DNA of 64,000 bases, taken from the NCBI GenBank assembly GCA_905178155.1, contig CAJINV010000003.1, positions 517,091-581,090 on the forward strand, given 5' to 3'. Positions 48,712 to 63,454 of this stretch are shown here, in pieces; the first letter of the stretch is position 1, and every line of letters starts with the position of its first letter. Under the pieces are notes generated by a model. The model did not search any database, had not been told where the DNA came from, and saw only the letters and a program-made list of their open reading frames with translations. Made by a program: the position numbers and the translations under genes. Source of the stretch: Amoebophrya sp. A120 (taxonomy: Eukaryota > Protista > Dinoflagellata).

Positions 48712-49662
48712 CATCAAGCTTCTCTCGTTGACCTTGATTCGACAAATGACAACCTCGCTGAAAAACAACCGGTAGAAGTGTTGCTCGTGTTCTTGATTAT
48801 ATATAAGCAGCACGATTTTTTCACGATTTCTTTGATTGCAACGACGCATGGACACGATCAGTAGAGTGCAGCGCGTTACTACATCAATTTGCATGCGCAT
48901 CGGGTTCTTTGACGACGCGGCCCCCGCACGGCTACCATCTGTCTGCGTCTCATTTTGTTCTTCCTCAGGTTCAGCTTCGATGCATGTATGGAACCCAGCA
49001 CAAGTTCTCATGATGATCTAGATCCACTTGTGGTCTCCGATGAGAGCCGAAGTACACGTACGGAAATGGAGTTCATGTTCATCATGAAAGCTAATAATTA
49101 AGTATTCAAAAGCCACTTGTAGTTCGTTGATGATTTGCTTTTACGCCAACCTCCCGCAAGGTGCAAACAAGTGCCAGTCCTTCGGGGAGCATGGAAACAT
49201 CTGCTGGCTGCAAATTAGTCGCACATCGAGGACGACCTCACGAGGAAAAGCAAAATTATTCGTCGAAGAAGGATCGCATACGCGTCTTGATCCTTTTCAA
49301 ATTTGGTCAAATCAGATGCATTCTTCCACCAAGGCAGATGATCTTGATCTTCAGTCCCTTTTACTTGCACTGTCTTCAAGTGTATTTTGGATTTTTTCGA
49401 AACACCAATCGATCGGCAAACAGAAACGTTAACGTTTTACATTCCTTCAGATAAGCGAAACCTGTTTATCAGCAGTGGTGTAGCGAAAAATTCATACATC
49501 AAGGTGTGAAGGTTGGGCTTCATCATCATGATTCTCAAGGATAGACTCAACTCGAGGCCGCATGGCTACGTAAAAATTTTGTGGCATTGTCTTCCGTTTG
49601 ACTTCGATGTTCAGTTCGACGCTTCTTGATAAGGACGACGTAGCTCTGTAGCACAAAACATC

Positions 49663-52125
49663 ATGTCAGGCAGCTTTGGAGAGAACAAGGAGCTCCGCTA
49701 CGAGGGTGCGCTGACGCAAGTCAAACTGGACGACCCCTCGGAGCAACAGGCAAGTGGCACCGGTGTTCTCGCACCAGATGACCTCGCACTTGCGCAAGCA
49801 GCTTTCGCGAGTGGCCTTGATGGTTTCGGAAGCAGTTCATCATCAGGATACGGTTATTTTTATGGAGCAGGGGGTCATACTTCGTCGGGGAGCGCCGGCG
49901 GCACAGCACATGATCTTGAGCACAACTGGCACGCACAGGCGGAGGCGAACTTGATCGTGCCCGCCTTTCCCTTTCCAACGAAGCTCCAGAGTGACATCCT
50001 GACCTACCAGGACGAGTACATGGCCGAGTTGAAAAAAATGGATTTTGCGGACCTGCTTTCGGAGATCGTCGAATCCGGGCGGATTGACAGCACGCTCCCC
50101 TATCTGTACGCAGACAGCGACACCAACCCAAGCCGGTTGTGGTGTGTATTACTCCGCTTTTCGCTGCTGCCGCTGAACCGGGAGCAGCTGGACCTCCTCT
50201 TGCACCACAGCAGCGGGATGGCGAAGGCCGCGGGGATACTGTACGCCCGGTTGGTCTTTCCGCCCGAGGACTTTTACGCGCTCACAGCCCCGAGTCTGCT
50301 GTTCGACCTAGATTTAGTAGAGAAGCAGGTCACCGGACTAGAACATGCTGGTGCAACTACAGGTGCACAAAACGATAAGGACTTTGGCAAGGGCGGAGGA
50401 GAGGATGATCAGGGAGTAGACGAAAAAATTGACGACGACGATAGTACGCCGCTTCACCAAGTCAACTCTTCCTCCTCTTCTGCCAGCGAAGGGGATCACG
50501 TGAATACAAACGGCGCCACCGCGGCGGCGCCAAAGAAAAGCTTCAACAAGATGTCGGGAGGAGGTTCGAGTAACAGAAATAACACGACAAGTAAGCCTGC
50601 TGCGACTTTCAAGACGACCGCAGCCGCGACCACGTCTCTGAAAAGCCACAAGAAGCACCACCGCGCCGTCGTGCTGTCCGATGAGGACTCGGACGCGTCC
50701 TCGGACGACTCCTCGGACGACTCGGACGAGGATGGCGAGGACTCGGCGCTAACCGTCGGGGAGTTCCTCGAGGAAATCTTGTTTCAGAGCTGCGTCGTCA
50801 CGGGGGACGACGACGAGTACGCGCGCGTGCTCCCCCGCTACCCGGCTCCGCTGCGCCGGAAAATGCTGCCAAAATTGATCGACATGAAGCACATACGCCG
50901 GCGGCTGTACATGAACGCACAGATCAGCGACGAGTTTCTGGCGACCAGCAAATCCATCAGTGATTTGAAGAAAGAAAGGGAAAAAGCAACCCTCAGGAGC
51001 TCTTCGCCGTCCTCCGTGTCTTCTATCTCGTCGAACAAGTCGGAAGGCGATCATGTGGGGCGTCAGGATGAAAAAGACCACGGACGACGCGAGCAGTTGC
51101 TGCAGGACTTTTTAGATGATCAGAAGCTGTCGAACAGAGCCCCTACGATGGAGTTCTGTCTGGGTGTGTCCTTGCATTGGTCAGATCTGCACACGGCGGA
51201 CAATGCTTGCTGGTTCAGCACCGCCGACTTCGAGATCCGAAGCATCAGCGAAGAAACCGGGTTCGCGCAGGTCCGGTTCCCGTGGAGCGAGGCGCTCGAG
51301 AAGCAGCTGGCTCAGTTTGAAAAACGAGCCGAGGAAATTGCCGCTGCGGAGCAGGAGCTTCTGCTGCAACAAGGTCAAGGTGGCCACCAGCGCGACAAAA
51401 ACTTCGCTAATGGAGGAGGTGCACCAGCATCAGCAGGAGATCGAGATCCTGCGTCCTCATCAAAGCCAAATCCCGATTCGGCGTCCTCTGCTAGTGCTCC
51501 GCTACGGCAAAAACTCGTGGTGCGACAGCACACGACGGCGGCACTTGAGAGCAACCCTTTTGCGGTATTTGAGCACAATGATGACAATCTTCCCGCAGGC
51601 GGGAAGAACGAGAAACAGGATCACAAATCCAAGAATCTTCCGGAGAGCATCGACTACTCGATCTTCCTGGGGCTGCTTGTGTTGCTGCAGAAGGGCAGCG
51701 TGGCGGAGCACGACTTCCTTTCGGAGGACGAGGAGGACACGGGACGGTACATCTACGACTGGAGTCGCAACCGCGGCTACGGTGCCGAAGACCTTCGGCG
51801 GAAAGCCGGGTACCTGCTGCGGCAGAGTGCCGTGGCGGACTCCAAGCAGGGAATTCGACGGGGCGCCACGGTGAACATCAGCAGTCATAGGCGAAAAGAC
51901 CACAAGGGGCCCTCCCTCGCGTACGCGGCCTCCAATAAGTACCACCGCAAGCACCTTGAGGAGGAGGAACAGGCTGCGGAGAAGCGCAAGCTGGAAATCG
52001 AAATAGCACGACAGGAGCGCGAGAAGCGCCAGCAGCGACAAGACGCTTTGGCTTCCAAGTATGGCGGCCGGGGGTCACCCAAGCGACGGAAACCCAATGA
52101 AGAGGACAACGAAATTGTTTTTTGA
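49663..52125 (+). CDS. PRP38-family splicing factor (PRPF38B-like), divergent
   Basis: PSRLWCVLLRF..L.L.REQL..LL.H, AAGILYARL..PP, LTVGEFL and LPRYP, plus a charged C-terminus. Confidence 0.75.
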   Translation: MSGSFGENKELRYEGALTQVKLDDPSEQQASGTGVLAPDDLALAQAAFASGLDGFGSSSSSGYGYFYGAGGHTSSGSAGGTAHDLEHNWHAQAEANLIVPAFPFPTKLQSDILTYQDEYMAELKKMDFADLLSEIVESGRIDSTLPYLYADSDTNPSRLWCVLLRFSLLPLNREQLDLLLHHSSGMAKAAGILYARLVFPPEDFYALTAPSLLFDLDLVEKQVTGLEHAGATTGAQNDKDFGKGGGEDDQGVDEKIDDDDSTPLHQVNSSSSSASEGDHVNTNGATAAAPKKSFNKMSGGGSSNRNNTTSKPAATFKTTAAATTSLKSHKKHHRAVVLSDEDSDASSDDSSDDSDEDGEDSALTVGEFLEEILFQSCVVTGDDDEYARVLPRYPAPLRRKMLPKLIDMKHIRRRLYMNAQISDEFLATSKSISDLKKEREKATLRSSSPSSVSSISSNKSEGDHVGRQDEKDHGRREQLLQDFLDDQKLSNRAPTMEFCLGVSLHWSDLHTADNACWFSTADFEIRSISEETGFAQVRFPWSEALEKQLAQFEKRAEEIAAAEQELLLQQGQGGHQRDKNFANGGGAPASAGDRDPASSSKPNPDSASSASAPLRQKLVVRQHTTAALESNPFAVFEHNDDNLPAGGKNEKQDHKSKNLPESIDYSIFLGLLVLLQKGSVAEHDFLSEDEEDTGRYIYDWSRNRGYGAEDLRRKAGYLLRQSAVADSKQGIRRGATVNISSHRRKDHKGPSLAYAASNKYHRKHLEEEEQAAEKRKLEIEIARQEREKRQQRQDALASKYGGRGSPKRRKPNEEDNEIVF

Positions 52126-53013
52126 CGCATTTTTATATAGTAGGCCCATGGTAAAAAGGAAAAGCGATGTCACGTAGAAGCAAAAAACGGAAGGCAATCA
52201 GAGCCACGAAAGTGGGTCGCCACGCAGGAAGGAGGCCACTGATGTTCCAAAAATTGAAAAGAGTAACCGGTTCAAAAATCAAAAGGTCATGACGATCATC
52301 GCCATACGCAATTATACGCAGCGTAGATCATCATGATCCAGATCTAGCAGAACGCGAAAGCGGATCTTGATGAAAGCTGGTCGCCTCGAATCACCGAAGA
52401 TCGAGAAACACAAGAGGATCATCAAGATGCTGAGATCGCGACGAAGAAAAAGATCAATTAGCACGTCTGGATCAGCATCAGCTGCAAACTGTTCCCCACA
52501 TGATCACTGCGAAGAGAAAACCACGAGGACGAAGTTACCGCAGATCTTGTTCTTGATCTATGCGCAGAGTACTTCCGCAAAGTTGTCCAGAGGCTGTTGC
52601 AATTAGCACTTGTGCTTGCACACGGATCCGAAGAAGTGTAATATTTTGAAGATACAACGATGAATCTAGCCGATATTCATGACCACTAGAGTGGCACGAC
52701 GACGACAAACACCCTTCTGGCGCTGCTCCGTAGTTTGTTTCCTGGCAAGGACGTCTAGAAACACCTCTACCACTCTTCTATGATTGCTGTATCTGCATTT
52801 TCATCAAACCGACAGGACTTTTTCACCTTAGAAAGAAACAGAAAGAGCTTCATGTTTTATTGAGTAGTCAACTGTCAACGTCGTTCTCGCTAGTCCTTAG
52901 TCTTCCACTACGTATCAAACAAGCACAAGCAGATTTTCGAACCCGTTCTTCTTGTCTTTGTCGACCCCAGAACCTCCTGCTAGAGATTCAATGGCCTCCT
53001 GCTGGTCTTCTTC

Positions 53014-54116
<1,103 letters not shown>

Positions 54117-56732
54117 ATACCTAAAAAAGCGACTGTGCCCGTATAACTTGAACTTCAACCTACCTCTACTGAAGATGAGCCCGCCCACCTGAAGAGTGAA
54201 GAAGCACGTGTTTCAGCATCATATATCATTTCTGTTGTCACAGTGCATGTATGTAGGCTTGCGTACAGCAACAACCTAGGCAGAAGTGGATCTGCTGTTG
54301 GACTCCTGTTGTGCGTATTGATTGTCCAGCCGAACCGCAACCGCAAGAAACAAAAAGGAAAACTGATACTTAAGCGACATCAGAACACTCAGTGGAGGTT
54401 CATCGTGATGGAGATTGTTGTGAAGAAAAGAATGTAATAAAGCACACAGCGCGACATATATCATTCGTAATGAAATGAAGATGGGCTCCTGCTCATCTGA
54501 TGAAACGTGCTCCAAGTGGGGACTTCATATGTCAGACAAAGTGTGTTCGTCGTGTTGGTGTTCTTCATAAGAATTTCCCGACCATGTCGCAGTCGCGGCA
54601 AGGCAGAAGCCTCAAGGTCCAACGACGCACCTTGTTCAAGTGGATCCAGTTGCCACAGCTGCCGGCGCGGCTCTTGTATGCAGCGGCTCTGCTAGGGCCA
54701 GGAGGCCGCGAGAAGTAAGCAAGGGGGCGCTCGCCAACGGGTTTGCCCCCGGGAGATTGCAAGCTTGGGGGGCGAGCAGTCTAGGGCGTGCAGTGGAAAG
54801 CCCGCCGAACTCAGGCCACTCGCCCGCCCGCGCCGCTCGTTTTCCTTGCGATGCGAATCAATGAGCCCGGGCCCGGGGAACATGGCAACCGGACGCCGGC
54901 CCCCCCGCTGTGCCGGCCGCGCGTTTCGGCGTGCCCTGCCCCGCCCGGCCCTGGTGTTTGTGCGTAGTTTCGGCGCGCGCGGGCGCCCTCCGGGGTTGGG
55001 GGCCGGCCGCGGCCGCCCGGGGGGCGGCGTCACGCGCATCGGCGGGCCTGCGTTGTGCTCGTTCGTTCCTGCCCGGTGTTGCGCGCCCGTCGTTGTTAGA
55101 GGGGGCGCCTGCCGAAGTCCGCAAGCCCCACCGGCTTTGCGGAGTGCAACGTGGTCGATTCTTGTGCCTATTCTTGCTAGCGTCGCGCAATCCAACACAT
55201 TCGCGGAGATTCCCGGGGATCCGCTCTACCGCGCCGTGCTCCGCACCAAGGCGCAGGCGTCCTTACCTGCAGCTGACGCACAGGCGCCGGGTATGGGCAG
55301 CTTCCACAGATTTCGGCAGCGATGGCAGGGCGCGAGATGCGGCATGGCGTTGCCTCCGGGCTTGGGGGGGAAGGGCGTGCGGGTGCGGTGCCCTAGTGAA
55401 GGCCTCGGGCTTTTGCTGCAAGGGCCGGCCGCGGCCCGATGGCTATCGTTCGCCCGGTAGCGATTTCGTTCGGTTGGGTAGTGCCCTGGGCTGCGAGCCG
55501 TCACCGCCTAGCGGACTTCTGGGAGCGAATCGCGCAGCGGGCCCGGCCCATGTCTCCGGCCCCTGCCCCGACTGGTGGGGCCCGGCGCCCTTTCTTGGAG
55601 GGCTCGGGGATACACATCGCAACGAAACACCAGACGGAAAAGACGAAGCAGCTTGGGCATTGCCGCCGCCTCCGTGACGCGCCCGCGCGCCCTCCGTCTC
55701 GCTCGCTGATGGCCGCGCCGGGCGGTGCCAGCCAGGCAGCCGGCCCTTCCTTGCTTATTTTGCCGGCAGGCTTTGTTGAAGGGCCTCGAAGCGGCCAGGG
55801 ATTGTCGAGCCCCCCCGGTAGCCGAGGCCCGGTTAGTTTCTTCCTTCGATCCTGAAGCCTGGGCTCGTGGGGGGTCTGCCCGTAATTGCCAACGAGTTGA
55901 CCGCAAGCGCGTAAGCATTCATATGCCCGGCCTGAGGGCGGTGGCGGCGCAGCGCCCGCATTGTTTATGTGGTTGCAGCCCTTACCCGAATATGGGCAAT
56001 GTGGTGCGAGCGAATCCGTGGAGCCGCGGTCTTTTCATAACATGAAAATGGAGCTGGCCACCAGCACCACTGGAGCTGGACGAGTGAGCCACCCACGCTT
56101 GCCCATGCAGACGGGCAGGCGAAGGCCAGGCATCAGCCTGAGGCCCTTAATCATGATAGCGTGGTGGTGGGAGTTCAATACAACTCGGTCAGCAGGTCAT
56201 TACTTTGCCTGAGCCTTCTCTCTCCAACTTTTTCGTGTGTTCTATGCTTTGCCGTGGTCGCTGGGCTAGATGGGGCGTAGTGATTTCTACGCCCTTCGTT
56301 GGTTCGGAGATGTCATGAAGATATCTTGCAGACGCATGGCCAAAAAGATCCAGGTTTGTATGTTTTCTTGAGATCATGAGTCCAAAAGAACACATCTGCA
56401 AAAAGACCCTGAGTCGCTTCAATGGTTATTCCATATTTTTCCAAGAAAATCTAAATCGTCATCGCTTAAATATAAATACGCATCTCGTTCTCCCCTCTTG
56501 AATTTTTTTGTGTGTGTCGTGTGGTGGTCCAACTTTACCTTGTTGGCCTTCTTTTCTTCGATACATATTTCATGCCCCGCCTTCGTTTGCTTGCTCCCCG
56601 TACCCGTTGTGCAAACTCGTTGTCGTTATTTGTTCGTTGCCTGTAACTGTAAGTATCTATGAATTAACTTAGTTCGCCTCCCCCGAACTCGAACCGTACT
56701 AGAAGGCACCAGCGCGACGTCCTTCGCACATT

Positions 56733-58390
56733 ATGACGTCGACCTCGGCCAAGGCACGGAGACCGAGCCGGGGCCGTTCCTCTTCTCGTTCTCCGAATAA
56801 GAAACGAGGCGCAAGCAGCAATGGAAAATCGCCAAAGGGAAGGACTACAAATTCTGCGGTCGCCGCTGGCGTAACCGGTGGACCATCGAATGCCGGTCCA
56901 CACGTCGAAGACAAAACCGGCTCCTCAGCTAAGCCCCTCGAATCTCTGGCGGCTGCTGCCTCTTACGTGGGCGTTTCGATGTTGATGACGCTTTTGAACA
57001 AACAGATCATATCGAAGGTGCAGATGGTTTTTGGTCTCTTGTGCTGTAACTAGATAAACTGTTGATGCTTGCATTTTTTTTACAAACAGATCAAGCTCAT
57101 CCAGATCCAGTAAGTCAAAGTCTAAGCTGGTGCACCTCCCTCGATGTGCTTATTTGAAGATGCCTTTCTGATTCTCATTTAATTATAAACTTTCACTTGG
57201 GAAAATTTCTTTTCACTTTCACACAGCACTTTAAACATCTGATGTGCGCGAGCTTTGTTTTCTCAGGTGAAGTTTCCCGGCACTAACTTTCTGCTTTTCT
57301 GCGAGTGCCTGATCGCAACGCTGCTGGTTTATCCGACCCTTGCCAAGAAGCCCCAGGTGTTCAACTTGCAGAACCTACAATATCTTTTCCTATGCACCGC
57401 GGCGAAGGCGGGCAACATGTACTTTTCCTTTTTGAGCATGAAGCACACCAGTCTCCCGGTGTACAACGTGCTGAAGAGGATGTCCCCCCTGGTGGCGCTC
57501 GGGCTGGACTACTTCCTGCGCAAGAAAACCTACCCCGCCCTGGCGAAGGTGGGGATGCTGTGCATCCTGGCGGGCGCCATAACCACCTCGCAGGGCGATC
57601 TGGACTTTGACATGGTCGGGTACGCGTGTGCGCTTTGCGCGGTGGCCGGACAGAGCTCCTACTTGGTGCTGTGCGCGCGGGCTTTGGACAACCTCCCGGG
57701 GCTCAGCCACGTGGACGTGCTCTTCTACACCGGGTTTTACAACATGTTTCTGTTCTTTCCCCTCATGCTCACGGAGGTCAGCGACATCGGAAAATTCTGG
57801 CAAGCGACCGACATACCCCTCATGTGGCTCGCGTTCGTCTTCGCGCTTTACATCTTTCAGGTATAGTTTTTTGGTTTTCTATGGTTTCATTTTGAAGTTG
57901 GTGTGGCTGCGGTCGTACTAGCGGCGTACTTTTCATTATTTCTTTTCGTCATTTTTATTAGTCCTTTTGGATTGTTCTTCATCATGACACTGCAACCACA
58001 ACAAGAGTTTGGTGAGATCGAGAAGTCCTTTGGTGCGGTTGTGGAAACAACAGCAGGAGACAACATTGTTGCCCCTTCGGTGTGGAACCCTGCAACTTCG
58101 ATAAATTTATTTTTTGCTAATGTCATGATCTATTACAGGGTACGCTCCTGAACTACGTCACGTTCTGGTGCACCTCGGTGACATCCCCGGTGACCACAGG
58201 CGTCTGTGGCAACATCAAGGCCCTTCTCACGAGCGCGATTGGGGTGCTGCTCTTTTCCGCAAATCTGTCTCCGCTGGGCTGGGCTGGTTTTGCTTTGAAC
58301 TCCGCCGGCGGGTTCATTTACTCCGTTGCCACGGCTCGAGCGAAGATGGCAGCGAAGAGCCCGGACCGCGCGACGAAAAAAGACACCTGA
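56733..58390 (+). CDS. Nucleotide-sugar transporter (SLC35D-like)
   Basis: SMLMTLLNKQI, SLPVYNVLKR, GDLDFDMVGY and FWCTSVTSPVTTGVCGNIK. GT-AG introns at 57018-57266 and 57861-58138. Confidence 0.88.
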
Positions 58391-59421
58391 AAAGAAAAAT
58401 GAATACTCTACAGCTTCTCAAGAAGACATCAGCCTCGTCGTGAATCCGTTTTACCTTTACGCATATTACCTAAATGCATTTTCATGAGCTTGGTTTTTGG
58501 AGGGATTGCGGACACGAGCTTGTCTTTGATGAAATGCATCAACGTGACGAGGAAAAAGTTGTAAACGTTCCTGCAGTAGTATTCGGTAGTGTTTGCACTT
58601 CGAACTCGAAGATTGTCATGAGCTACTGACTAGTGCGGCTCATACGTCGACAATCGACGTCGAGGCGTATCCATTTTTTGAAAGCGACACGGCACACTTT
58701 TTGTTTGGCCCACAGAAAGCGCTTACTATAATCTCTGTCTACATGATCACCTCCTGTACAAACATAGTTGTAGGGTAGGCGTATCGATCCTGTATTGTTT
58801 AGTAAAACAAGAAGAAAATCCAGACGAAGAATTGCCTGGTCCTAGTCCTTACGTTTTGTCGATGGCATAGTTTTGCCTTAGTCCATACTTTTCGTACGGT
58901 CTCTCACTAGAAAGTGAAAACTCACATTTATTTCCTTCTCGTCCTCCTTGTCGTCGTCGTACTAGAAGTTCCACCGTCGTACAAGTTCCATCGCTTGCCG
59001 CATGATCGTTCTTCAGAATGTATCACGCAACGGCAGAAAGGCGCCATCGTCCTCTTCGACGTTTGCTTTCTTAAAAATCCAAATCGTTCAAGTTTTGATG
59101 TGAAATGTGTGGCGTGTTTTGCCGTTGCGTCTGTGCTTCTTTCTATGGAGTTAAGTTGGCGAAATAGGTTATTTCGATCATGGCAAATCACAACTACGTT
59201 ATCAAGGCAGATTAAGGCACACCAGCACAGAAGTAGGTCTTTGCCCTTGCTCAATTTAGCTCGCGATATAGGACATTGACAACTTTTGAGTTATTTTACT
59301 TGTTTTGCTTCCCCCTGTTGGTCTTATTTCGTCGCGTAGCAATAATTTCTTGCCCTTTTCATCGTTTTATTCTGCTCAGCCTCAGTTGTCACGTTTCTTT
59401 TAGCCGCAAGCGCAACGTCCC

Positions 59422-62035
59422 ATGAACCCCACCAGAGGAGTTGGAAGATTGGAAGATAATACTGGTAGTAACGATAGCAGAACTCCTGCCTCAAGCAGCG
59501 CAACGACCTCTGGGCCTGCATTTGGCTGTTGCACGTCGACGGCACGACACCACCTGGAAACGGAGTTGCAGTTTCAGCAGACTGTCACGTGGCAAGAGCA
59601 GGAAGTTGAGCGGTGCCAGTACGTAGCAGCATACAGCTCAGCAAAGCAAGATACAGATACGCAAGTCTTTCGCGCGTCAGCTTCCCAACCGCTGTCCTCG
59701 TCAGGAAATACTAGTACATCAAGGCAGAACGTTCAGTACAGCCGGAGCCGTGGACCACGAGGTGGCAACATGTTCGCAGCAAGGAGCCGGAGTCCCGAAG
59801 GCGAACCGTTGCCAACGTCGCGGAGTCCGAGCACCGTGACGACGTTGGGATCGGTGTCCGGGGAAAGTGTAGCCACGATGAAGCCCCCGCAGTCGGTGCA
59901 ACGAGGTGGAGGTGGTGTTGCTGCCCACCAGCAGTACGGAGTGATGCCCAGCACTTGTTCCCATCACCCTTCGATGCAAGATATGACCAGCACCGCAGCC
60001 TCGACGCAATTGAACCACGAACTCGGCGGGTCATTTGGAGATCACGCAGCGGCCAACAAAACCGACAGGAATGATGAACACACAACCGCATCGTCAGCCG
60101 CCAATATCATCGTCTCACTGGTGACGCTGCCGCTTCGCGCCACCGCCTTGACGGTTGGCAAAGCTGCCGAAGTGGCACAAATTGTGGCAGAGCCGCTGGC
60201 CCCGCGGGATGCCATTCCACTAGGTTTCTGTGTTAAGTTTGAAAAAAACCCACCGACAGCTGCTCCCAGTAGCATGAAGGGAAAGAACAAGCATCAAGAC
60301 TGCTCACTGGAGATGAACAAGTTGCAGGACTACAGCAGCTTTGTCACGCCCTATGGTTCCTTCCATTCCGCCGCGTCCTCTTCACCACGCCCGGATGAGT
60401 CTGCTGCTCACGTCGCATCAAGTTCATCATCGCACGCCCGGTGGCGCGTCACTCTCTCAAAACCTGGCGGTCTGAGTCACGACCTGGATCAGGCACTGAA
60501 AAGTCGGGGGATCGTGGACAAGGAATTTCTGAGGGCGACGTTTGACCAGCTGTGCCAGAGCACCATCGAGAAGTCGCTGCGCAGATTGGAAAAGATGCGG
60601 ATTAAGGAGGGCAACGTGAAAATGAAATTCATGGCGAAAAACTCGTCTTCGTCCAGAATCCGCGGTACGCAAGCAAACCAGAAAAAACCTGCGGCGCTGC
60701 AAACGCACTCCCATCTGCCGATGACCAGCTATTCCACCCAGTACGACCACCGCTACGACCAGACCGACGATGATGACACTGTTCTGGCGCTGCTGGAAGA
60801 GACACGCCCGGAAGACAGCACCGCAATTCAGGCTTTTGAGCAGGAGGGTTTTTGCACGGCGGCGCCGGCAATTTTTAACACTAAGGGCGTCCTCTCCGGT
60901 TGTAGCACTAGCGCACTGGTTCTTCACGATCCCGCGTCGTCGAGCCAGGTCTTATTTTCCACCCAGCTGCAGCTTACGCCAGCCGCGTTTGAGCGCAGGA
61001 AAAGGCAGAAGCAAGGCAGCTTCGCGACAACCAAGCACTTAGCTACGCTACCCTATCGCGCTACCCGGAGGGCTGCGCGCGCCTCGCTGAAGCTGCAGAA
61101 GGCCATTTTTTACACGCCGACCAGGTCGATCGCTTCGCATGTGTTGTGGCCCTTGATGCGCGTTTCCGTGCTCGACAAGAACCCGGCGTTGCAGTACGTT
61201 TTGCATCGACTGCGACACTTTCCGCTTTTTCAGGCCAGTGAGGCCGTTGCTACTGGCCTGGCGCTCGCCATGTTGCACACCCTCAGCACGAGTGTCAACT
61301 TCAGCGCTTACTGCGCCGACGCGGTCAAAAGTCTGTGTGGACGTGCGGTCAACATGGGATGGACGGCCGTGCAAACAGCGGAAATGATGTTCCGGAGAGG
61401 TACAGTTTTAAGGTGTTCTCGCATATAGTCCTTTGGTAGGTGTCGATGAATATGATCTAAGCTCAGCAAGATTCAAATCCGGACCGGAGCCAGTCAGTCG
61501 AATATAAAGATTTAGTGGTTTTAACTGGTGATAATTGCTACGTTTTTCATGAAAAATCCGAAATATACTATAGTTATAGACATGTTCCCAAATCAACTAC
61601 ACAGTTTTCCTTCCCTGCGTGCAGTTCCCGCTGCACGTTACCGGTAGTTTGTTGCTCTGGCGGCTGGCTCCGCCCGAGATTGCCTCCGAGGACGCGACGC
61701 GGTACCCGCTGGTAACCGCCCCACTGAGGAACACGCAGAAGCTGCTAAGTGCGGTGTTGGGCCTCACCCGAGAGGCGGTAGACGCGTTGCTGCCCCCGGT
61801 TGACGTGATTCCCCCGGGAACCAAAATCTCCGTGCAGTACACAATGCAGCGACGGTGGTCGGTGCGCGTGGAGTCGCCGTCCTTCCGGATCCGGCGGGTG
61901 TTGGCCGAAGAATTTTTGGCCGCAATCGAAGCGGCGGAAGTTGAGGCTATGTTTGGAAGCGCGGCACAAAATCAAGGCGCGCGTGATGTCGGTGGCGCAT
62001 CTACAACTTCATGGGCCGGCGTGAATATGGTCTGA
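59422..62035 (+). CDS. Hypothetical protein, two exons
   Basis: Long ORF. GT-AG intron 61400-61604 joins it in frame to the 61619-62035 ORF. Confidence 0.65.
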
Positions 62036-63454
62036 CTTCTTCGACGCGCAGCCTAGGGACGACCTTCATGTTGCTGCTTCAAGAACTTCTACTTCCCTGC
62101 TGCGCTTCGAGTTCGAAATATCAACTGTGAGTCAACCTTGTCTTTTGTCGCGTCTTGTTTATTTTAGTGTGATCACGATCTTCACCTCCTTCTCTTCCGC
62201 CATGTCCATGTACAAATTTTTGTTTCATCTTCGATCGGAATTGCTTATCAGCAATGTTGTATGCTGGGATAAAATCGAAATCGATGGTGCGTTGATGACG
62301 ATCACGCTCGTTTCCGTATTTACTTTTGGGTATCTGACGAGGTCAAGTTTCTCTTTCCTGTTTCCTCTTAAAATCACATCTAACAAAACCAACGTATAAT
62401 GCGTACCCCGAACAGACAGATTCCCGGCCGGCAGATTGTTATGACAGGCCCTGAACGTGAACAGAGAAGCATTTGCATGATTTCCCTGCTTCGCGACGAA
62501 TACCCCTACACGAATAGGAGCTTTCCTTTCATTCTGTATGATTGTTTTTTGGCACTAGTAAAGCGATTGCTTCCCCTTTTGCGTCCTAAGTCTGTCAAGT
62601 GAACAATTATGAATTCTTCCCCTTTGACCACCTTTATCCCCTCAACCCGTCCGAGACAGTTCCGGCTCCCCTGGTGGGCCTATCAATACGTGAGGCATTT
62701 GCGGTATTGCGCCAAATCATTATCATGGCACTGTTTTCTGTGAGAAAAGTCGAAGAAGAAGAACACGAAGTCAACGACTCTGGAACAATATGACAAGATT
62801 CGGTGAACAATACGTCATGCTGCATTCGTGTTCGTAATTTTCTCAATCGACATTGTGCTCGGCTCTCACTCCACCTGCCTATTATAAATATAGATCCCTT
62901 TATTTTCGGCGCCGATAGATCTCTATTTGTGATCTTCTACTTCTTTCTCCGTTCTTTAGCATCAAGCTAGTATTCCGTTACAATCGAAGCAAGTTGTTCC
63001 GTTACAATCTTCATCTTCGTAGAACTTTTTTCCTTTTCCTTTTCGGTGGATCCAAGAATTCCCTTTGCTTTCCTATGGTCGTCTATTGTGTTCTATTTTT
63101 TTGAGTTTTCATACATTAAGTTCATGGACTCTCGTGACTAAGTGCCGCATCGCGGTTTTTCTTGCATAGACTCCGTACTTGGCGAAATTCTGACTCTGGC
63201 TCCGTGCCCTTCAATACCGTGGTGGTCTCACTCTAGTTTCTTGATTGGAATGTCTCTCGTGTATAGAGAGGGAAAAATCTTCTCGGATGATGTAGATGTT
63301 TTAGGTTCAACCTTTTCATACTTTGAAGGAATTGAAAGTTGTGTTTGGCTTTGGGTCATATTCATCTCTTGACCCCAAAAATCGGACAAATAAAAGTTTG
63401 ATTTGAATGTTTCTGCCCGTGTTCTCGCAGTCGTCATTTTGGCAACGAAAGGGG

